This document shows positions 12,686-27,510 of a stretch of DNA of 64,000 nucleotides, one piece after another. Under the pieces are notes generated by a model that searched no databases, was not told where the DNA came from, and saw only the letters and a program-made list of their open reading frames with translations. Both the position numbers and the translations under genes were made by a program. Source of the stretch: Eledone cirrhosa (lineage: Eukaryota); NCBI GenBank assembly GCA_964016885.1, contig OZ024743.1:33418001-33482000 (forward strand). The letters are read 5' to 3'. Position 1 is the first letter of the stretch, and each line of letters opens with the position of its first letter.

Positions 12686-14073
12686 ATCGTCCTTTTTATT
12701 ATATATATATATATATATTATTTCTAATTATAGAAAAGCTACCATATATAATTGTGTATAAGTGACAGAAGTTGATGAGCTGCACCTCAATTTTATATAC
12801 ATTTCAACATACCATGTTTTGAATTTAGTTTTGTTTTATGTCCAATAGATGGACTACATCCTGGTATCTTATGTCATGTTTTTGTGGAAAAAGTTGACGT
12901 GTGCATGAGTGTATACAGTAATTTTTTAATTGCATCTTCTGAAGGGTTAAATAGAGATTATTAATTGTTAAATGAAAAAAAAACAATGTTGTATCTGATC
13001 AAGACGAAGTGAGAGTGTATTTGAACACATACAAAAATGAGAAAACTTATGGCTAGTACAGCTGTTAAAACAGCTAAATGCTATCAAAGATTGTGATGGG
13101 CAAAGATGCCTCAGAGGACAGAAACCAGTGGCCAGTGGTCAACAGAAAGACATTCCACAAGGTTGAAATTTGACACTTTACTCTCTTATTGAACCCATTG
13201 TATCTTTACTATTGCTGGATAGAAGTGATTTAGTGATGTATATCATGTCCACATTTATACAAGGTGTTTTAATTTGATAATTTGTTTCTAGAACATAAAA
13301 ATGTACAACCTCCATCTTTTTGATATAAAAAATATCTTGATATTGATAAGAGTTTGCTTCATTTTCTTAATGAAACACTTTAGATGTTGAGGTAATGTTA
13401 AAATGCTTAATTTGTAGTTCACTGATGCAAATCGTTGACTGTGAAATTAGAACTCATTTTAACATCATTTTGTATATTTTATTTGTTTTCAAAGAAGTGA
13501 AACTATTTTAACAAAAAGAATGTTATTAATAAATTAGGAGAAATTTGTGGGAATGTGTGCCAACATGAAATTATGTCTGCTAATTTGTAATTTAAATTAA
13601 CATACACACTTGTTTTGATATTATTATATGTGAAGTTCAGTAAACACTATAGAAATTTAATACAATATATGTAGTCAGAGCTGTTGCACCATAATACTCT
13701 GATTAAAAAAATGAAGAATTAAAAACCTATTTCAATTTCCTTTTGATATTTAAAAGACTGAACATGATAAAACAAAAGGAAAGTTAAACTATTCTCATAG
13801 AATTTCTGCAGTAATATTTTAAATTTATTTTTCGACCATATTTCATTCTTTTTCAGAATTCATTAAAAAAACATTTTTGCTATCCACAAAAATCAAAGTG
13901 CTGGGTGACTAAGTCAACATAATAATCTACAGCGGAGGTTCTCAAAATTTTTGGACCACCGTTCTCCTCATGGCCACGTAATACCCTCAGCACCCCTCCC
14001 CAACCCTATTTCCAAATACAAGCAAATTGTAAATAATATAAAATAAATAAAATCGTTAATTAATATATAATAA

Positions 14074-14247
14074 ATAATTGTTTCTACTTTAGGCACAAGG
14101 CCAGCAATCACCCAGTGCATTACTGGTACTTTATTTTATCGACCCCGTAAGGATGAAAGGAAAAGTCAACCTCGGCGGGATTTGAACTCAGATCATAAAG
14201 GGACGTAACTATGCTGGAAAGCATGGCGTCCGACCCTCTACCGATAC
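14074..14247 (-). mobile_element. SINE family 1, present only in duplication unit 1
   Basis: Near-consensus copy inside the hAT MITE; absent at the equivalent site near 16900. Confidence 0.85.
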
Positions 14248-15407
14248 TATAAATAAATATATATTTTACTATATTTATATATAATATGTATCATTTGTTA
14301 TTTAATATACTATTATATCATCTCTACCACCCCGCCCTTTAAGCCCCAGTGCCCCCTGGACCTTCTCAAGTCCCAGCTTCCAGAAAAGTCCCAGCTCTGA
14401 AGTTTGGGACTTTTCTGGAAGAAGGAATTGGTTTCTATTTATAAAATAAAGATGGTTCACGTAGTTGCTTGGAGCTGCATGATGGGTTCATAGCAAAAAG
14501 TTGAGATTGTTCAACATCGTAGTCAAAGAAATATGAAAAATATCTGTTATGCAATTCTTTGCCAAACTACTTTTAGAAATGTAATTATGCTAATTATTCT
14601 TAATTTACACAAAATTCAACTGCATGTTTGATCTTCATACCCTATAGGCTGAGCTACTCCTCCTTAGCCCAACAATAAAAAAAAAAAAATGTATAAGATC
14701 TCATTGAAGCACATTGATTTTATGTATTGTTTGAAAGTATTTAAAAATAAAATCCTAATTAATTAAGTGACTTTGATGCAGTCAGTCAAGTAGTGAAATA
14801 TATTAAATATATCCTAGAAAAACATCTCCTTACCATTTCTAGAATAAGAACCACACACAGAAGACTTAACAACTTGTGTTGTATTCCCACAAACAAGCTG
14901 GATAGGTTGGATGATCATGAATAGCACCAAGTAATTTTTTATTAATTAAACACATTGATATTTTATTTCTTTGTTTTCAAATCATAGTAACTCTCCAAGT
15001 CTTCAATGTTGTTTCAATCTACTGTAATAAACTATTTTACAAACATCATCAAATATATATATAGATTCTTGCTTGAAATTTTTTCAAAGCTACTTATCTT
15101 ACTGCAGTTATTCACATATATGTATTTCAGTTGGAATCTTTCCTATATTTTAATTATAGTGAGATTCCATTACATCATCATCATCACCGTTTGACGTCCA
15201 TTTTTCCATGCTTGCATGGGTCAGACAGGTTGTCCTTGCGAAGACAAGTCTGTCCAGGATTGGCCATAACTTACTCTGACAGGACTGTAAATTTGGCCGG
15301 GGTTTTACAGCTGGATGCCCTTCCTAACACCAACCACATGTACCCGTGATAGCGTGGAAGATAGACGTTAAACGATGATGATGATGATGATGATATATCG
15401 TCCTTTT

Positions 15408-15447
<40 letters not shown>

Positions 15448-16339
15448 CTAATTATAGAAAAGCTACCATATATAATTGTGTATAAGTGACAGAAGTTGAT
15501 GAGCTGCACCTCAATTTTATATACATTTCAACATACCATGTTTTGAATTTAGTTTTGTTTTATGTCCAATAGATGGACTACATCCTGGTATCTTATGTCA
15601 TGTTTTTGTGGAAAAAGTTGACGTGTGCATGAGTGTATACAGTAATTTTTTAATTGCATCTTCTGAAGGGTTAAATAGAGATTATTAATTGTTAAATGAA
15701 AAAAAGTAGTGTTGTATCCGATCAAGATGAAGTGAGAGTGTATTTGAACACATACAAAAATGAGAAAACTTATGGCTAGTACACCTGTTAAAACAGCTAA
15801 ATGCTATCAAAGATTGTGATGGGCAAAAATGCCTCAGAGGACAGAAACCAGTGGCCAGTGGTCAACAGAAAGACATTCCACAAGGTTGAAATTTGACACT
15901 TTACTCTCTTATTGAACCCATTGTATCTTTACTATTGCTGGATAGAAGTGATTTAGTGATGCATATCATGTCCACATTTATACATGGTGTTTTAATTTGT
16001 TTCTAGAACATAAAAATGTACAACCTCCATCTTTTTGATATAAAAAAATATCTTGATATTGATAAGAGTTTGCTTCATTTTCTTAATGAAACACTTTAGA
16101 TGTTGAGGTAATGTTAAAATGCTTAATTTGTAGTTCACTGATGCAAATCGTTGACTGTGAAATTAGAACTCATTTTAACATCAATTTTGTATATTTTATT
16201 TGTTTTCAAAGAAGTGAAACTATTTTAACAAAAAGAATGTTATTAATAAATTAGGAGAAAATTTGTGGGAATGTGTGACAATATGAAATTATGTCTGCTA
16301 ATTTGTAATTTAAATTAACAACTTGTTTTGATATTATTA

Positions 16340-16451
16340 TAATCCCGCCGAGGTTAACTTTGCCTTTCATCCTTACGGGGTCGATAAAATAAAGTACCAG
16401 TAATGCACTGGGTAATTGCTGGCCTTGTGCCAAAAGTAGAAACAATTATTA
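16340..16451 (+). mobile_element. SINE family 1, 5'-truncated, present only in duplication unit 2
   Basis: AATCCCGCCGAGG...GTAGAAACAATTATT; absent at the equivalent site near 13625. Confidence 0.85.
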
Positions 16452-16757
16452 TATGTGAAGTTCAGTAAACACTATAGAAATGTAATACAATATATGTAGT
16501 CAGAGCTGTTGCACCATAATACTCTGATTAAAAAAAATAAGAATTAAAAACCTATTTCAATTTCCTTTTGATATTTAAAAGACTGAACATGATAAAACAA
16601 AAGGAAAGTTAAACTATTCTCATAGAATTACTGCAGTAGTATTTTAAATTTATTTTTCGACCATATTTCATTCTTTTTCAGAATTCATTAAAAAAAAAAT
16701 TTTGCTATCCACAAAAATCAAAGTGCTGGGTAACTAAGTCAACATAATAATCTACAG

Positions 16758-17069
16758 CGGAGGTTCTCAAAATTTTTGGACCACCGCCCTCCTCATGGCC
16801 ACGTAATACCCTCAGCACCCCCTCCCCAACCCTATTTCCAAATACACGCAAATTGTAAATAATATTAAATAAATAAAATTGTTAATTAATATATAATAAA
16901 TAATATAATATATACTATGTATAAATAAATATATATTTTTTTACTATATTTATATATAATATGTATCATTTGTTATTTAATATACTATTATATCATCTCT
17001 ACCGCCCCGCCCTTTAAGCTGCAGTGCCCCCTGGACCTTCTCAAGTAGCGCCCACTTTGAGAACCTCTG
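16758..17069 (+). mobile_element. hAT-type MITE with 8-bp TSD
   Basis: TIRs CGGAGGTTCTCAAA / TTTGAGAACCTCTG; TSD ATCTACAG at 16750-16757 and 17070-17077; truncated sister copy at 13933-14371. Confidence 0.85.
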
Positions 17070-18016
17070 ATCTACAGGATGAAAGATTGACTTAATACTC
17101 TTCATTAATACTTCACTATGTATGCAGCTGTACTGTATATATGTAGTTCCTTTGCTGGAGGATAGCTAACAGAAAGAGGTACAGTTTGCTTCTTCGAAAT
17201 ATAGAATTTTTGCAATTTTATTGAACTTGAAACATAAAGCTATGTAACTTCAATTCACTTATTTATATAATCTTATAGACCATCTTATAAAAAAATCTAT
17301 TATTAATCTTTATAGCAAATAGTGACTCATATTCTTATTTGCATTGCTTGGTTATGATGATGAAGGGGGGGGGGGGCTATTTTTGTTGGACATACTTTCT
17401 GTATGTAACAAGATGCATTAGTTTTAATGATATATTAAGTTACAAAACTGAAAAAGATAGACTCCTCTAGATTTATATTGATTCTATTGATGGTAAAAAT
17501 AAGTTTTCCATCATTCTTTCAGATTTATTCTGATGAGTGTAGCAAAGATACTCTGTAGTTTATTGATTTAGAACAACTTTATTGGTCGGTTATATCGTAT
17601 TACTTGCTGAAGCAAAGGAAGATAATAGACTCAAGTGTCTCAGATTAATGGAATTCCTGATAGATCTATCAGTTTTCATCAAAGATAATTTTACTGAAGC
17701 AGATTAAAGGCTAAAAGGCTTCTATTTGATAGTTGGATTTCTCTCTTGAAGGGGGCTCAGAAACACACAGTTAGTCAGCCTTAACCGTGATGATTGGCTG
17801 AATTTTACCTTTAAGGTCTTACTTTGCAAAACTAACTATCCATGCTAATCAGATTGTTACAATATGCTGTACTATTGCTGCTGCTACTACTACTACTACT
17901 ACTACTACCACTACAACTACTACTACTACTGTCGTCACCACCACCACCACTACTACTACCACCACTCCTATTGTTTTTGCTATGCTACGAGTCCTTTTAT
18001 CATTATGGAAATAGTT

Positions 18017-18200
18017 AGGGCGGTGGATTGGCAGTATCTGTAGTGTGACATAGAGTTACGGCCCTTTACGTTCTGAGATCAAATCCCGCTGAGGTTAACT
18101 TTGCCTTTCATCCTTACAGGGTCGATAAATAAATCACCAGTAATGCACTGGGGTCGATTTAATCAAATTGCTGGCCTTGTGCTTAAAATAGAAACAGTTA
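18017..18200 (+). mobile_element. SINE family 1
   Basis: GGGCGGTGGATTGGCAG head, GAGATCAAATCCCGCTGAGG, GCCTTTCATCC core, TAGAAAC tail. Confidence 0.8.
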
Positions 18201-18501
18201 TTATGGCAATACTATTATACATTTTGCTGCTGCTTATCATCATCATCATCATATCAACAATCCTGTAATCCACTCAAGGTGTTTTAGTCCATTTCATACC
18301 AAACAACCTTAATCCACATTGATTTTATTAAAATAAAACTCCCCATTTTGAACTCTTCATATTTATATTAAAACCTTCCATCAATGTTCTTTTAAAGAAA
18401 CCATTTCTCTTTCCATCGTACAAAACTATTCATTTTCAAGTGTTTATGTTTATCTACACTCCATAAAGTGCATCATTGTGATTTTATGTAAAAGTCTTTA
18501 A

Positions 18502-18699
18502 CCCTTTAGCATTTACATTACTCTATATTTACTATAGTATTTTTGTAGTAAAGGCTTTATTTCACATAATTAATTATCTCACATAATAACGAATCTATGA
18601 GATTTTGATATTATTTATTTTGTGGCTAGTTACGACCAGTTTGAAGAGAAAGAGGTAAGAGAATTCTGACCGGATACAGCTGGTTTAAATGTTAAAGAG
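18502..18699 (+). mobile_element. piggyBac-like MITE, copy 2
   Basis: TTAA on both sides, CCCTTTAGCATTTA left TIR. Confidence 0.8.
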
Positions 18700-18774
18700 T
18701 TAAGTTACATTCCAAACATCAATTTAATTACAAGAATGTTAGTTATTTTACTTAACGTTTACAAATTCTTGATG

Positions 18775-19000
18775 CTTCTTCTTCTTCGCCCACTTATTCC
18801 TGAGAGGGTTGTGGGGTCAGAGTTCTCAAGTGGGTCTTGCCAGAAGCAACCATGTCCAACTGATACTGCTGGATCCCCAAGCGAGACCAGCCAAGCTCAT
18901 GGATGTTATCCAACCATATTGCTCTGGGTCTCCTGCCGGTTTGTTTTGCTTGTAAAATCTGTCCAGCAGTTCTTTCCTGAGACATTCTAACCACATGTCC
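18775..19000 (-). mobile_element. RTE/RTE-X-type LINE 3' end
   Basis: Minus strand KQTGRRPRAIWLDNIHELGWSRLGI...LTPQPSQE* followed by an (AGA)n tail. Confidence 0.65.
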
Positions 19001-19284
19001 ATAGTCTTGGAGGTGTGATCTCTCAATTCAGAGAAGTAGTGGCTCTTTCTGGAGTAACTCTTTGAGTTCTGAGCTACGCACTCTATCTAGTAATGTTACT
19101 CCAAATTGATTAAAAAAAAAAATAATTGAAAAACACAAGCAGTGTTTTCCATTAGAAATATAGTAATAAAATGGTTGAGATTCATATACAGAGATGGTTT
19201 TCTTGAAATGTGAAATTAGATGTTTTGCAGCATAGAGTTACAGTCCTTTATGATCTGACTTTAATTCTGTAAGTATTATATTAA

Positions 19285-19495
19285 CCCTTTATCATTCACA
19301 TTACTCTATATTTACTATTGTATTTTCGTGTTAAAGGCTTTACCTCACATACTTATCTCACATAATATTGAATCTCTGAGATTTTGATATTATATATTTT
19401 TAGAATAATACCTTAACATCAGTATGAATGGCTAGTTACAGCCGGTTTGAAGAGAAAGAGGTGAGAGAATTCTGGCCGGATTAAATGCTAAAGGG
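19285..19495 (+). mobile_element. piggyBac-like MITE, copy 3
   Basis: TTAA|CCCTTTA...TAAAGGG|TTAA. Confidence 0.85.
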
Positions 19496-19499
19496 TTAA

Positions 19500-19700
19500 T
19501 ATAGAGCGTCAGACACCATGCTTTGCAGCATAGTTATAGCCATTTACGTTATGAGTTCAAATCCCGCCGAGGTTAACTTTGCCTTTCATCGTTACGGGGT
19601 CAATAAAATAAAGTACCAGTCACACACTGGGGTTGATTTAATTGACTTTCCTCTCCCCAAAAATTGCTGGCCTTGTGCCTATATAAGAACCCATTATAAG
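19500..19700 (+). mobile_element. SINE family 1
   Basis: GAGTTCAAATCCCGCCGAGGTTAACTTTGCCTTTCATC core. Confidence 0.8.
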
Positions 19701-20389
19701 TCTTTAGTAATAGAAAGAAGTTTCATTAGCTCTACTTCAACCTTACATAGTAAAGAGTGTTATTTAACTGAAACGAAAAAAATATATATAATCTGAAGTA
19801 AAGCAATCCAGTAAACATAGGAATCTAATCACTTGAAAGAATCGTATTTTTAAGAAAATAAGTCATTTTCTTGGAGTGTAGATTTTAATTTTCTTTTCCT
19901 ATTTATTAATTATTTTCTTCAATTTGAGAAATGGAAAAAAAATTATCTTTGATCAGGTTGGTTAGATTGAATTTATGTTCATTTTCAAAGGGTTATATTC
20001 CAAGAAGGAATTAGTAGAATTATTAGAAACCGGTAAATTGAAAATACTTTAGTGAATATGAATATCAATTGCAAAATATAGTCTGTTAGAATTTGCAAGG
20101 AGAATAATTCATATGAAAGCCAGTCATTAATGAAATTCATTAACATGATATTTACAATTCTGATCATAATTGTAATACAAATAACGATGACAATCTTAAA
20201 GGTAAATGAGAGTGATTGTAATTGCATTGATGGTATTCATGATGATGATGATGGTGGTGGTGATGATATTGAAAATTAGGTTAGTGATTAGGATGGCATA
20301 AGAATAGTATCCGATTTTGGTGCTCAACAGAGTCAAGTAATATATTGAAATCAATCTATGTGTACATTGATGTATACTCTCTCATACAC

Positions 20390-20543
20390 ACACATATATA
20401 TATATATACACATATACATACATATCTACACAAACACATACACACATATATATATGTGTGTGTGTGTGTGTATATATATATGTATGTATGTATATACACA
20501 TATGTATGTATATGTATGTATATACACATATGTATGTATATAC

Positions 20544-20603
<60 letters not shown>

Positions 20604-20802
20604 ATGTATATTTGTATGTATATGTATATTTGTATGTATATGTATATTTGTATGTATATGTATATTTGTATGTATATGTATATTTGTATGTATATGTATG
20701 TATATATATTTATGTATGTATGTATATTTATGTATGTATATGTATGTATGTATATATATATGTATGTATATATATGTATATATATATGTATGTATATATA
20801 TG

Positions 20803-20837
<35 letters not shown>
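20390..20837. repeat. (TA)n/(TATG)n compound microsatellite
   Basis: Direct inspection. Confidence 0.95.
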
Positions 20838-22130
20838 CATCATCATCATCGCTTAACGTCCGTGTTCCACGCTTGCATGGGTTTGGACGGGGGTTTTCCC
20901 ACTTGAGGCAAGAGTGATTGTCTTGCTCGCATAGGACTGTCTGGCGGGTTTTCTACAGCTGGATGCCCTTCCTAACACCAACCACATTTACAGTGTGGGG
21001 CTGGGAGGTTTTTACCGTGTTGCCTACACGGCCACATTACAGCGTGGACTGTGTGTTTTTTTATCGTGACACCTACACGATCTCATTTGTTTCGGCCTGG
21101 ATGTTGTGGCACCAACATAACTTTACATTGAAAGGGGAGGTGTGGATGGGGTGGGGGTGGTGGGACGGGGGTGTATTTTGTGAGAGATGCCTACTGACTA
21201 GTAGGTTTTACTTTGTATTTAGGTAAGGCGGGTCTTCTCTATTACTGAGTACCGCCAAAGGTCTCGGTCCAGTGACATTGTCTTGGAGAGGTGTAAGTGT
21301 GTGAGGTCGGTATTTATCAGCTCGTCCCAGGTTTTTCTGGGTCTGCCTACTCCGTAGCAACCGTCTATCTCTACTGCCCTGCACTTTGTTATACAGCTGT
21401 CGTCTTTCATGCGCATCACGTGACCATACCAACGTAGCCTTCTCTCGAGTAAACAACATCTGATCCCTCTTATTTCTAATTTTTTCCTTAGTTTGCTTAT
21501 GCTTTGCCGTTCACGTATGTTACTATTACACATCCAGCGGAGCATGGAAGCTTCGTTCCTCTCTAGTCTGCATATATCCTCTGCACACAATGCCCAGATC
21601 TCACTGCCATGCAACATTGCTGTTCGTATGCAGGCATCATACAACCTGCCTTTCATTTTTAGGGAGAACCCTTTAGTGGCTAATAGTGGTATAAGCTCTC
21701 TGAACTTTTTCCATCCAGTTCTGACTCTAGCTACTGTACTTTCAGAGCACCCTCCCCCACTGCTGATTTTGTCACCCAGGAACGGAAACTGTCCACTATT
21801 TCTATAGAACCCTCTGCGCAATTGAAAGAGCTAGTATTTTGTGGGCACTTGCTGCTACTTATTGCACCAGAGCACCGGCCACATGTAAAATCTATGTTCT
21901 TAGTTAGCTTACCTGTGATCCCACTACATCTTTTATGCACCCATACTTTGCATTTGGGACATAAAATGGAGTTTCTACCTATGCCTTTCCTACACACTGT
22001 GCATCGCCATTTCCCGGAAGGGACCGTCGCCTTATTTTCTTTCCTACAAACTAGAACTTTAGTCTTAGCCAGGTTAATTTTAAGCCCTTTTGATTCTAGG
22101 CCATGCTTTCATGTTTGGAATTTCTTCTCT
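20838..22130 (-). mobile_element. RTE LINE, 5'-truncated, frameshifted
   Basis: ORFs 21731-21997 and 21219-21821 are homologous to the C-terminal half of the 27645 ORF; 3' UTR and (CAT)n tail present. Confidence 0.93.
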
Positions 22131-22945
<815 letters not shown>

Positions 22946-23465
22946 TAAAATAAAGTTAAATAAAAGTCAAATGATTAAAATTTAGCTTCGTTTATTACTG
23001 CTATATATATTTCAGTGACAGCCATCTTTGGCTGTGACCTCTTCAGGTAGTTTGAATTAGTATGGTATAGACAAGTACTTATGTTGTTTAGGTGTATGAT
23101 ATTGTCAATACTCTGATATGCCCAGTTCCTTGTTGGGTTGTTAATTCATATGACTCCAGTTCCCCAGTGAATTAACAACCCAACAAGGAACTGGGCATAT
23201 CAGAGTATTGACAATATCATACACCTAAACAACATATGTACTTGTCTATACCATACTAATTCAAACTGCCTGAAGAGGTCACAGCCAAAGATGGCTATCA
23301 CTGAAATATATATAGCAGTAAAAAACGAAGCTAAATTTTAATCATTTGACTTTTATTTAACTTTATTTTACACTACTCCGGAGTAACCCAAACCAACCTG
23401 CGCACTTCGTCGAGTGCTCCAGCCTGCATACTGAGGTGTTGGTATACAACCAGCATAAACTCAAA

Positions 23466-23468
<3 letters not shown>
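22946..23468. mobile_element. 203-bp-arm palindrome (19-nt spacer) with ~98-nt unpaired tail; Penelope-like pseudo-LTR
   Basis: Arms 22946-23148 and 23168-23370, about 4 mismatches; a hammerhead motif in each arm. Confidence 0.85.
23265..23319 (+). ncRNA. Minimal type-I hammerhead ribozyme (mirror copy 22997-23051 on -)
   Basis: ACTGC-CTGAAGA-GGTCACAGCC aaagat GGCTATCACT-GAAA-TATATA-TA-GCAGT: intact CUGANGA/GAAA/UH core with stems I and II. Confidence 0.8.
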
Positions 23469-25955
<2,487 letters not shown>

Positions 25956-26000
25956 GAAAAAGAACACAAGAGCGTCTACAACATCAAAAGATTTTTATTG

Positions 26001-26047
26001 GCTAACAATGTTTCTTCCTTACGTGTAACCGTAGGATTCATCAGAGC
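26001..26047 (-). ncRNA. Minimal type-I hammerhead ribozyme
   Basis: Minus strand GCT-CTGATGA-aTCCTACG gttaca CGTAaGGAa-GAAA-CATTG-TT-AGC, followed by AATAAA and then the TA array. Confidence 0.72.
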
Positions 26048-26300
26048 TATAAAAGGGGTTTGATTGGTGTTATGGACTCTACCAACCAAACACTCAAGAA
26101 CAAAGAGTAAAGAGAGGAAAGAGCAAAAGTAGGGGACGATAAGTCTAATTTTGGTGCGGGAGGGTGGGGTGTGGGTCCTTGTTTACTAGCTGCGGTCATA
26201 TTCATTCCCGGGAGCAGGGTGGTTAGCTGAACCATAGATGGGGTGGCGTCGATAGTATGGTGCAGAGGGTGCGCAGAGGCTACACAAACACAAAGGGCGT

Positions 26301-26333
<33 letters not shown>

Positions 26334-27455
26334 CGGAGGAGAAGGTACATGAGATAATTAGAAATGCAAAAAGAGTAATAATAATAATCAATAATTAATA
26401 GTGTATAATAAGGCATGGGGAAGATTACACTATAATAAGGTATAAAAGTAAGAATAAGGTAAAATATAAAGGAGGATAAAAGTGGAAATAATAAAGATAA
26501 CAAAATGTATATAGAGAATATATAAAGAAATATAAGCGAATATTTGGAGGGGAGAACACAATTTTTTTTTTTTTCAAATAATAATAAAAAATTTTTTCAA
26601 ATAATAATAAAAATATAATAATTATGGGGGGGAGAAAACAGGATAGAGAAATATGATCAAGTGTGATTAGTTGAGAGAATATAAGATGATAATAGTTATG
26701 TCCAGTTTATACATCTTAATAATAAATAATATGTGTATCAGAGTTGTAGAACCTTCAATTCACTTACGGGTTCAAGCCACGTGGCATGGTCCATTGTTTA
26801 TCTGTGCGGTCATGTGCGTTTGTTTTTGACACCACAGCAGATGCACAAGTTTGTAAATTCCAATGCAGATAGAAATCTATTTTTGCTCACCCGGACATTG
26901 ACTGAGGATCCAATATTCCTAGTTCAATATGTGTTTGGTGTTATTTTGGTCGCACAAATCAATCAATTGGTTCAACATATGGAGTATGGTTTTCTGGTCT
27001 TCGTAACAGTGTCAGTGGTTGTATATTTGGAAATCGCAGGGATCACAGTACTCCGGTTTGGTGTGATTATCGGTCATCCAGCTATGTTGTTGGTGGTTGG
27101 ATTCAAATCTATTCGCCCGAACGTTGAACTTTGGTGTCGATAGGACATTAACGAAGCAGGGTGAGATCGCATCTGTGGTACAAAACGGTACGCAAGGAAA
27201 TTCTTCGTCTTCGTTTCATCCGGGTCCAGCAGTCACGTGCAAGAACCGCTACGTAGTAATTGTGGGGCTAATCGGTCAAGTCGGCAACTGACCGAAAATT
27301 CAGGCAGGCATGACAGGCACATTTAGGTTGGCAGCTTTTTTTATGTGTGCGTGTGTCCGACACACACAGACACATATTTATATGTATTTCAACTGTATAT
27401 ATATGTATATATATATATATGTATATATGTGTATATATATATATATATGTATATT

Positions 27456-27507
<52 letters not shown>

Positions 27508-27510
27508 TAT

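Larger units (their letters stand above)
11676..17046 (+). repeat. ~2.7-kb tandem duplication (unit 1 11676-14371, unit 2 14392-17046)
   Basis: Near-identical sequence at an offset of ~2716 bp (for example identical ORFs at 12289 and 15006); the units differ by one private SINE each. Confidence 0.95.

Noticed and set aside
17530-17560. CTGATGA heptamer (also at the YADD/FADD codons of the LINEs and at ~43950 on the minus strand)
   Set aside because: No GAAA with flanking stems follows; these are chance or coding matches.
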